Assembly (NCBI GenBank): GCA_040390725.1
Contig: JAZJXT010000006.1
Span: 367 to 64,366 of the forward strand
Reading direction: 5' to 3'
From: Patescibacteria group bacterium
GTDB lineage: Bacteria; Patescibacteriota; Minisyncoccia; Phycocordibacterales; UBA9973
Length of the DNA stretch: 64,000 bases
The notes below the pieces were generated by a model. That model did no database searches, was not told the DNA's origin, and saw only the letters and a program-made list of their open reading frames with translations. Positions within the stretch are counted from its first letter, which is position 1; every line of letters begins with the position of its first letter. The position numbers were made by a program, and so were the translations under genes. Below are positions 28,036 through 35,999 of the stretch, one piece after another.

Positions 28036-28773
28036 ACCTTGTTTTTTTATTACACTTCCTCTTCTCTGTAATTCAACCAATCATTTATAAAATCTTTAAA
28101 CTCTTTGTGAGATTGAAAATACTCTGGAAAATTTTCCAAATTTAAAATAGATTTTTCTATCCTGAAAGACCCGCAGTGATCTATAAAACTAGAAAATTTA
28201 TAATCAGCTAAAAACTTTTTTGTTTCTGCTAAATTTTTAATTCCCTCTTCCTTCCAAGTCTTATCTATCAACTTTACTGGATTTAATCCGATATAAGCAA
28301 ATAAATATTTTAAATAATTATCACCCATAGCGTGTCTACCTTTAAATGTTCCTTGAAATAAACTGCCAGTACGATTGTTCTTTTTATTGAAATACATAGT
28401 ATATGCCGTTGTTAACTTCTGCATAAATAAACTAATTCCATTTTGAACTTTTTCTCTAGCTAGAATATGAAAGTGATTAGGCATTAAACAATAAGAACCA
28501 ATTTCAACCAAAGTATCACTTTTTTCCAATTCCCAAAAATCTGACAAGGTTAAACCTTGTTTTTGGTAATCCCCTATATCTACTTTTTCGATACTATTAC
28601 ATAAATACAAAAGAACCATAAATCTATCGTAGTCATTTATGTCATCAAAAATAATTCTTTTATCTACTCCTCTATTATACAGATGGAAAAATTCACCAAT
28701 TGAAAATTCAATATTTCTAGTCATTGTTATATTTTAACAAAAAATAAAGGCAAAAACAAGGTTTAACCTTGTT
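28025..28773 (-). mobile_element. IS200/IS605-like (RAYT-like) element: Y1 transposase gene bracketed by identical palindromic hairpins
   Basis: Hairpins aacaaggtt(t)aaaccttgtt at 28025-28043 and 28755-28773, plus a third copy inside the CDS at 28545-28562. Confidence 0.55.
28050..28724 (-). CDS. IS200-like Y1 (HuH) transposase / REP-associated tyrosine transposase-like
   Basis: YCLMPNHFHIL (HuH motif of Y1 transposases) and GSLFQGTFK (GxLWQxR-like). Confidence 0.6.
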   Translation of the reverse strand: MTRNIEFSIGEFFHLYNRGVDKRIIFDDINDYDRFMVLLYLCNSIEKVDIGDYQKQGLTLSDFWELEKSDTLVEIGSYCLMPNHFHILAREKVQNGISLFMQKLTTAYTMYFNKKNNRTGSLFQGTFKGRHAMGDNYLKYLFAYIGLNPVKLIDKTWKEEGIKNLAETKKFLADYKFSSFIDHCGSFRIEKSILNLENFPEYFQSHKEFKDFINDWLNYREEEV

Positions 28774-28775
28774 TT

Positions 28776-29339
28776 TTAAATAAAATTACCTATTTCTTTA
28801 ATAAGATAATCTAAAGTTTTATAAACAATTCCATTCAAACCTAAACTTTTTGCAATCTCAATATTTTTTTCTCCATCATCAATAAAGAGAATTTCCTCTG
28901 GCAAACAACCACATCGCTGGATAGCTGTTTCAAAGATTTCTTTGCTTGGTTTAATAAGTTTCAAATCAGAAGAAATAAGTATAGGGTCAAACATTCCTAA
29001 TTTTTCAGAAATTAACCTCTCTAATAAACTTCGAGGAATATTCGTAAGCAATCCTATTTTATATTTATCTTTTAAATTATTTTCTATAAAATCAAATAAT
29101 TCATAATTAACTTTCGGCGCATTATTTACTGCTTTCCAGATTTCATTCTCAAAAATACCCGACTTTTCAGAAATTAGTTTTACAAGTTCATTTTCAGACA
29201 AATCTCCCGCATCAAGAACATCAAGTTTTTTTATCCATTCTATTTGTTCTGATGCCGGAATAAATTTCTCAATAACTGTTTTATAAACAGGGGTAGACAA
29301 TACACCAAAAAAATCAAAAAGAATTGTTTTAATTTTCAT
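28776..29339 (-). CDS. HAD-superfamily hydrolase
   Basis: Motif I ILFDFFGVL. Confidence 0.55.
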   Translation of the reverse strand: MKIKTILFDFFGVLSTPVYKTVIEKFIPASEQIEWIKKLDVLDAGDLSENELVKLISEKSGIFENEIWKAVNNAPKVNYELFDFIENNLKDKYKIGLLTNIPRSLLERLISEKLGMFDPILISSDLKLIKPSKEIFETAIQRCGCLPEEILFIDDGEKNIEIAKSLGLNGIVYKTLDYLIKEIGNFI

Positions 29340-29577
29340 ATTTTTTTCTATGTATAATTAAGGAACTAATTGCAATAACTGCCCAAATAGACTGTAATGC
29401 AACAGATGGCCAAGCGTACTGGTAAAAAACATTTGCACCTACACCAATAGCGCCAAACAAATTCATAATTTGGTAAACCTTGCTATCCCCCGCGACTTTT
29501 TTAGAAGAAACAAGAAAATAAGCGCCGACAATCAATACTGTTCCAACCCAACCTGCTATTTGAGTAACGTTTTCCAT
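29329..29577 (-). CDS. small membrane protein
   Basis: Two predicted TM helices. Confidence 0.3.
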   Translation of the reverse strand: MENVTQIAGWVGTVLIVGAYFLVSSKKVAGDSKVYQIMNLFGAIGVGANVFYQYAWPSVALQSIWAVIAISSLIIHRKKYEN

Positions 29578-29580
29578 TTT

Positions 29581-30183
29581 TTATAATTTAAACTCCTCCA
29601 CTTTTGTTTTCATTACTAATTCTATAATTCTAGAAACTAAACGCTTTGGATCAGAGTCAAAAAGAATCTTATCATTCGGACGGTGGCCTTTTTCGATAAT
29701 CATTTTTATTTCTTCGGCAGTTTCCCAGCCTTCATCTTCCAAAATTCCTATAGGCTTATTATCTTCAAATGCTACTGTGAATTCATGAATAGTACCAATA
29801 CGTCCACAACCTAAAAAAACAGCATCAGTGGAACGAGTAAGCAAAATATCTCGCATAGCATAACCGAAACCTGTATAAATAAGAACATCCATGTAGTCTA
29901 CAGGTAATTTAAAAACTTCTACATGCTCTTTTTCAGTTGCTGCCGGTGAAAGACCGATAGAAATACCTCCGGCTTCTTTCGCGCCCATTGCTGACCAAAG
30001 AGGAAACCCTGTAGTAGCACCAGAAACTAAAATACCTCCTTGGCGTACTATTTCCGCACCAAGTTCTTTAGCTTTGTTTAAAGCATTAGGTCCGCAGTGA
30101 CCTGTCTCAGCTGCACCGGAGACACACAGCTTGAGCTGATGATGTCCATGCTTTAAATAAGGATTTGATGATAATACGTCCAT
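29581..30183 (-). CDS. LOG/TIGR00725-like Rossmann-fold nucleotide-binding protein
   Basis: GCGRIGTIHEF resembles the PGGxGTxxE motif. Confidence 0.4.
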   Translation of the reverse strand: MDVLSSNPYLKHGHHQLKLCVSGAAETGHCGPNALNKAKELGAEIVRQGGILVSGATTGFPLWSAMGAKEAGGISIGLSPAATEKEHVEVFKLPVDYMDVLIYTGFGYAMRDILLTRSTDAVFLGCGRIGTIHEFTVAFEDNKPIGILEDEGWETAEEIKMIIEKGHRPNDKILFDSDPKRLVSRIIELVMKTKVEEFKL

Positions 30184-30202
30184 AAATTTATTCTAACATT
30201 TT

Positions 30203-31567
30203 TTAACACTCGAGCACAACAACATCATTTCTGTCAGGAGCATAAGCATCGATACCTAAATCATCTCTCAATTTTTGCACCAAAAATAAAGCGGACTTGG
30301 GCTCACCCATCACGACAAAAACTTTTTTGACGCTATCTTCCATGTCTTCCACAAAATCAATCAATGCGTTGGAATCTTTATGTCCGGAATATCCGGAGAT
30401 AGTCACGATATGCGAACGCACTACTACATCTTCACCAGAAATATGCACAGTCTTTACCCCTTCTTGAATCAAACGCCCTGGAGTACCGACTGACTGATAA
30501 CCAGTCAAAAGAAGAGTGTTGTTTGGGTCGGGCAAATAATGCCTTTCATGGTGCACTACCCTGCCCCCGGAAGACATACCAGAGCCCGCAATAACTATTT
30601 TAGGGTTTGGAATATTGGCTATCAATTTTGATTCTTCAGAACGTAACGTCTCATGCAATCCAGGGAAATCAAAAATATGTTTTCCATCAGAAATAGCTTT
30701 TTGTGCAGTTTCATTAAAATAATTTTTATACTTCTTAAAAACATCCGTCAAATGAATAGCGAGCGGTGAATCCAAATAAATAGGCATAACAGGCACACGA
30801 TCATCTTCTACGAGCGCATCTATTTCAAACAATAGTTCTTGTGAACGTTCGAGTGAAAAGGTAGGGATAATAAGAGTACCTTTTCTTTTATAATTATCTT
30901 CAATAGTTTCTTCTAATTTTTTTCTTCTCTCACTTCTCTCTTCGTGATTCCTGTCACCATAAGCACTTTCCATTATTAGATAATCCGCATCAGTTATCTT
31001 TTCAGTATCAGGCAAAAGCGGTGAAGGACTGTTGCCCAAGTCACCGGTAAAAACAATTTTCTTTTCATTATAAATAAATTGCACCATGGCCGAACCTAAA
31101 ATATGCCCTGCGTTTAAAAATGAAACTTCAAAATTATCGGCAATTTTTATTTTTTCTTTATATTCAAATCCCTGCCAGAGAGATAATGCTAATTTAACAT
31201 TTTCTTCGGTGTAAATTTTATGTAAATTATGTTCGGTGCTTTTTGAAAGTATACCCATAGTGTCCTCGAGCATAGGGCCAGCCAGAGCCTTGGTAGGAGT
31301 TGTGGAATAAATTTTTCCTCGGAAACCTTCTGAGATTAATTTAGGAATTCTTCCCAAGTGATCCACGTGCGCGTGAGTAATAAAAAGTATATCTATGGTT
31401 TTAGCATCATAAGGAAATGGGTCCCAGTTTATATCATCAGCTAATTTCAAGCCTTGAGTCAATCCGCAGTCAACCAATATTTTTTTATCTCCGACTTCCA
31501 GCAAAAAATTCGCCCCGGTCACAGTACCGGCTCCTCCACAAAAAGTTATTTTCATTATGCACTGCAT
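30203..31567 (-). CDS. MBL-fold beta-CASP ribonuclease (RNase J/CPSF-like)
   Basis: ITHAHVDHLG (HxHxDH) and the beta-CASP length. Confidence 0.6.
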   Translation of the reverse strand: MQCIMKITFCGGAGTVTGANFLLEVGDKKILVDCGLTQGLKLADDINWDPFPYDAKTIDILFITHAHVDHLGRIPKLISEGFRGKIYSTTPTKALAGPMLEDTMGILSKSTEHNLHKIYTEENVKLALSLWQGFEYKEKIKIADNFEVSFLNAGHILGSAMVQFIYNEKKIVFTGDLGNSPSPLLPDTEKITDADYLIMESAYGDRNHEERSERRKKLEETIEDNYKRKGTLIIPTFSLERSQELLFEIDALVEDDRVPVMPIYLDSPLAIHLTDVFKKYKNYFNETAQKAISDGKHIFDFPGLHETLRSEESKLIANIPNPKIVIAGSGMSSGGRVVHHERHYLPDPNNTLLLTGYQSVGTPGRLIQEGVKTVHISGEDVVVRSHIVTISGYSGHKDSNALIDFVEDMEDSVKKVFVVMGEPKSALFLVQKLRDDLGIDAYAPDRNDVVVLEC

Positions 31568-31574
31568 GAGTTAA

Positions 31575-32018
31575 TTATACCGCACTTTTTTCCATAACCA
31601 TAATTTTTTTGAAAAAATACAAAAGCGCTAGTGATCCTCCACCTAAATCAAAACAAATATCTGAAGAAGTATCCAATACATTGAACAGATTTTGAATAGT
31701 AAAATGATTAACAAGAATTTCAAAAATTTCCCATCCCAAGCCCACCAACAAAACCCCTAAAAGAACTTTAAAAATATATTTAAAAGACATTTCTTTTGGC
31801 GGAAAAAGCCAAATCAAAGCAAAAGAAAGCCATGCTCCCCCTAAAAAGTGCATTGGCATATCAAAATACCAGATACTGGAGTACCAATAAAACTTATTGG
31901 CGACGAAATTCATCCCAAAAATAATAAAAATTAAAGGCGCTATTATTTTTAACAATTTTTCTTTATTTATTGTGTTGTTCATAATGTTTATTATATCACT
32001 TGGAAGAAAAAACCGCAC
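31575..32018 (-). CDS. hypothetical membrane protein
   Basis: ORF track; hydrophobic. Confidence 0.3.
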   Translation of the reverse strand: MRFFLPSDIINIMNNTINKEKLLKIIAPLIFIIFGMNFVANKFYWYSSIWYFDMPMHFLGGAWLSFALIWLFPPKEMSFKYIFKVLLGVLLVGLGWEIFEILVNHFTIQNLFNVLDTSSDICFDLGGGSLALLYFFKKIMVMEKSAV

Positions 32019-32267
32019 AAATTAAATTGGTGCGGAGTCTTTCTTAGGACTACCTCCAATGTATTACCATAGCTTATAGCTAAGTGGGTGCTAGACATGA
32101 GAGGCCAAGGCCAAACACGATCGAAGCTCCCATAAAATAGTGTTCTAGGTAATAATTGAAAATAACCCTACCTAAAGTATACGCTCTTAAAATTTTTACG
32201 CAACAAGATTTTCAAAAAGACACGAAATTTTACCAAAAACAAGCAAAAGTATTTTAATAATCTAAAT

Positions 32268-32912
32268 TTAAAGCTCAAAATTTTTCAATTTTTCAACATA
32301 ACCGGAAATTGACGCATCATTTATATCTTCCGGCTTGATTTTTGAATGTGAAAAAATCTCTTTTTCGATTTCAAAAATACAATTTTCTTTTTTATCATAA
32401 TCATCGGCATGAAGTTGCGAATATCTGCCCGCGTATCTTCTTTTACCCTCCGAAAGTCGCTCACTCACAGACACTACACCGAGAGGCGCGACTCGCAAGT
32501 CAGCATAATTACAAATTTTTTTCTCCATATCATTTCCCTCTCTAGTCTGACAACTGTGAACAAAGCCGACGCCATCTATTAAAGATAAAACTCTTTCTGA
32601 CATACCTAGCTCCCTCACTATTTCCAATGTTGCCTTGTGTTCATCTCTGCCATATTTTGCAAAATACTCATCTTGAATTTTCTGCCAATATTCCAATCCT
32701 TCAGGCTCTAAAAATTCCAAGAAATATTTAAGTTCCGACTTTATCATATTCCCCATGTCGTGCAAAAGTGAAGCAGTGATGATAGCTTGCCTGTCCACCG
32801 GCACATTTATGGATTCACAAATCTGTAGAGCTACACCCGCCACCCGTAATTGATGCGAAGCCAAACTTGGCATCAACTTATATTCTTTATAAATGTCAGA
32901 AATATTCCGCAT
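32268..32912 (-). CDS. HD-domain phosphohydrolase
   Basis: H...HD motif (SLLHDMGN). Confidence 0.5.
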   Translation of the reverse strand: MRNISDIYKEYKLMPSLASHQLRVAGVALQICESINVPVDRQAIITASLLHDMGNMIKSELKYFLEFLEPEGLEYWQKIQDEYFAKYGRDEHKATLEIVRELGMSERVLSLIDGVGFVHSCQTREGNDMEKKICNYADLRVAPLGVVSVSERLSEGKRRYAGRYSQLHADDYDKKENCIFEIEKEIFSHSKIKPEDINDASISGYVEKLKNFEL

Positions 32913-32917
32913 AAATT

Positions 32918-33508
32918 TTATTCAAAATATCCAAGCTCTTCTAAGAAGTTTTCGAGAATTCGAAGTGGTACGCCAACGACAGTATCTATGGAGCCCTCTA
33001 CTTTTTTCGCATAATGCAAAAATGCTCGCGAATGAAAACCTGCTGCTGTATAAGTTATCGAGTTATCTGCCATTTCTTTTATGACACGTTCTGGAATTTC
33101 TCCCCAATCTATGTATGTAGTATCTACGGCCTGTAAAGTTTTATTTAGTCCGATATGATGCGCAACCACGGAGGTGTACATTGTAGTTTTACTATTTACA
33201 TATTCTTTATGCCAACGCATCACTTCTTCTTTTGAAATTGGCTTTTCTCGGAGTTCGCCATTGTGCACGGCAACACCGTCAAAAGTTATAATGATTGAAT
33301 TTGAATCAAAATTATTTTTTTCGAGTATCGCATCCATTTTCGCCAAAGCAATTTTTAAAACCAAATCTTTAAAATCATCCGAGCGTATTTTCTTTTCATC
33401 TATGTCTGCAATCTTAACATCAAAAACAAAACCGGCATCTTCTAAAAGTTTCTTGCGAAACAAAGACGCCGATCCGAGAATTAATTTTGTTTTCTCTTTT
33501 TTATTCAT
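32918..33508 (-). CDS. maf: Maf-like nucleoside triphosphate pyrophosphatase
   Basis: LILGSASLFRKKLL is Maf-like. Confidence 0.7.
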   Translation of the reverse strand: MNKKEKTKLILGSASLFRKKLLEDAGFVFDVKIADIDEKKIRSDDFKDLVLKIALAKMDAILEKNNFDSNSIIITFDGVAVHNGELREKPISKEEVMRWHKEYVNSKTTMYTSVVAHHIGLNKTLQAVDTTYIDWGEIPERVIKEMADNSITYTAAGFHSRAFLHYAKKVEGSIDTVVGVPLRILENFLEELGYFE

Positions 33509-33534
33509 TTTTAAAACATAGAAATTAAAAACTT

Positions 33535-34008
33535 TTATTTATGTTCAGCGTAGATAAAATCAACGTCTATTTTCTCATAAGAAAAGATTTCTTCTTTTTT
33601 GAAAAATCTTGCGACTTCCGCCTCGCCTGCTTCTACGCCATCAGAAGCATGCACGATATTTGATTGAGTTGAAAGAGAAAAATCTCCACGGATAGTGCCT
33701 GCATTTGCCTCCCATGCTTTTGTCGGGCCTACTAATAAACGAATAGCGGACACAGCATTAATACCTTCTACGGCTAGGACTATCACAGGGCAGTGTTTCA
33801 TAAAGTCTCGAATACCAGGGAAAAATGGCTTGTCTTTGATATGCGCATAATGTTCCTCGAGCATTGCGTCTTCTAAATTCATCATTTTCATGCCGACGAT
33901 TTTTAACCCCTTTTTCTCAAGACGGCTCACAATCTCCCCCACCAAATTCCTCTGCACTGCATCCGGCTTGATAATAATCAACGATTTTTCACTGTTTGGT
34001 CTTGCCAT
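33535..34008 (-). CDS. ndk: nucleoside diphosphate kinase
   Basis: ERSLIIIKPDAVQRNLVGEI...NIVHASD. Confidence 0.85.
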   Translation of the reverse strand: MARPNSEKSLIIIKPDAVQRNLVGEIVSRLEKKGLKIVGMKMMNLEDAMLEEHYAHIKDKPFFPGIRDFMKHCPVIVLAVEGINAVSAIRLLVGPTKAWEANAGTIRGDFSLSTQSNIVHASDGVEAGEAEVARFFKKEEIFSYEKIDVDFIYAEHK

Positions 34009-34112
34009 AAAATATATTATAAATTAAATACTAATAGCCCTATACTATCAGAAAAATACTTTTTTGCAAAATAAAAGCCCGGCAATCAAATAATGATTAC
34101 TGGGCTTTAAAT

Positions 34113-34922
34113 TCACAATGGTATAAACAATGTGTCACTACTATCAACAAGAAAATCTTTATATGAATATAGTGTCACCTCAAAAGCAGAGAGCCGTATT
34201 TTAGCGGGAAAATCAATTGTCCCACCATTTCGAGAACCAGATGTCCATGGAACATTCTTGCTGATCCTAGGCTGATAACTACCTGAAGTATATTCCATAG
34301 AAACAACTACTTTTTCCCCAAATAACTCAGTCACAAAGAAACCATTTTTTCTTATGGAAAAAATAAGAGCTAAGGCTGTATTATAAGGAATGACAGCTTT
34401 TTCAAAATTAAGATTTAGTGTTTCTAGATAATCATCAATACCCGGACAGTCTTCACGTGACTTTACCCCAGTACATATAAAACTAAGATGATCTAAAGAA
34501 CTTAAATGATACCTTTTCAAGCTTTGAATTTCTATCAACAAATGGTTAAAATTTACCTTCTCTTTTATAATTTTTTTAAACAAATTTTCGTCAAAAGCAA
34601 AAGTTTTGTATAACATAAAAACACATTTTTTGGTATGTTTTACATAAGAAAACCTATTGCGAATGCGGCAAAACCCTCTGTCCTCAAAAGAAGCCAGTAT
34701 CCCTCCTAGAGTTTTCTCTTTAACGAAAGAGAGAAGCTTTAACTGAAACGTAAAAGAATTTTTTTCAATTGGTAAACATTTTTTTACCTTCTGAAAAACA
34801 CTCTCAAATTCTGGCAACAAAAACTTTTCAAAGTATTTATTTATGCCATTTCTCTTAATTTCTTCCTCCAGGGCTATTTTAAACTCCGGAGAAAACTCGT
34901 AATTTTCTTTTAACTCTTCCAT
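34113..34922 (-). CDS. hypothetical protein
   Basis: ORF track. Confidence 0.3.
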   Translation of the reverse strand: MEELKENYEFSPEFKIALEEEIKRNGINKYFEKFLLPEFESVFQKVKKCLPIEKNSFTFQLKLLSFVKEKTLGGILASFEDRGFCRIRNRFSYVKHTKKCVFMLYKTFAFDENLFKKIIKEKVNFNHLLIEIQSLKRYHLSSLDHLSFICTGVKSREDCPGIDDYLETLNLNFEKAVIPYNTALALIFSIRKNGFFVTELFGEKVVVSMEYTSGSYQPRISKNVPWTSGSRNGGTIDFPAKIRLSAFEVTLYSYKDFLVDSSDTLFIPL

Positions 34923-35335
34923 TTTTATCTACTTTTTATTTAACTGTCAAAGAACTTTGGGCAAGGTAGTTCGAAAACCTTTTAGGATTTTTATTGTGAA
35001 GCTTCCGTGCTCCTTTCTAAAATTTTTTATTTAAACTACCTCCATTTTTAATTTAAAGAACAAAACGACCTCACTTGAGGCCGCTTTTGAAAATTTGTTT
35101 TAGTTTTGGAGATTATTGCAAACGCTCTGAAGCAGCCTCAAGTTGTATTGGGCTGTAGCGGCGGAGAACCATATTTACTTTTGCAATTATCTTATTCACT
35201 TTTCTAATATATACTTATTAAAATCTTTGTCAAATCATACTAATGCTCATGCTGTGGATAACTTAGGAATGAGCAAAATAAAAAACCCGGACAATTGCCG
35301 GGTTCCCTGAAGATAGACCCCATCACAACATAGGG

Positions 35336-35866
35336 TCAGACTTGTGTTAGTTCAAAAAGAACAACTTTTTCATACCTACGGGAGGGAGAAAGCCTGTCTG
35401 TAAAATAACAAAATTTAGGCGTTATTCCAATATATAATTTCCCTCCATTGGAAGGAAAAACAGCTATTGAATCTCCTTCCTGAAAAAAAAGATGAGGATT
35501 ACTTTGAAAAATTCTCAATATCTGCCACGGAGAAAAATTCCGGCCTTGAAAGGCGACATCCGCAGGACAAACATCTTCCTGAATGGAGGTACTGAAAAAA
35601 TCTTTTGCAGTTCGTTCAACACCAGGGAAGCTTATTCGAGAGTCGAAAGTATTAAAATCACGGACTGTATCCGCGTTAAAATTTCCACCCACTGTGGCTT
35701 CCACTGCGTGTTTTAAGCTGCAGAAAGTTTCCGGGTAGTTGCAACCCGCTATGGCCTTTTTTAAAATCAACGAAGCTTTTTCGTCAAGATTGATTTTCAA
35801 TAATTGAATAAGGCCATTCAATAATGTTCTTGTGCCGGGCATGCCGACTGTTATTGTGTCTCCCAT
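35336..35866 (-). CDS. hypothetical protein (GC-richer), immediately downstream of the 924-aa ATPase
   Basis: ORF track. Confidence 0.3.
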   Translation of the reverse strand: MGDTITVGMPGTRTLLNGLIQLLKINLDEKASLILKKAIAGCNYPETFCSLKHAVEATVGGNFNADTVRDFNTFDSRISFPGVERTAKDFFSTSIQEDVCPADVAFQGRNFSPWQILRIFQSNPHLFFQEGDSIAVFPSNGGKLYIGITPKFCYFTDRLSPSRRYEKVVLFELTQV

Positions 35867-35999
35867 CGCTTTTTTAAAGCTAGTTTCTGCCCGCGTTTAG
35901 TAGCGGAACTACACTTTTTCACTATTCGAATATTAAGAACAATGAACCAAATTCATTTTCTACTTATTGAGATATTTTGCAAATAAAAACTGTGGATAA

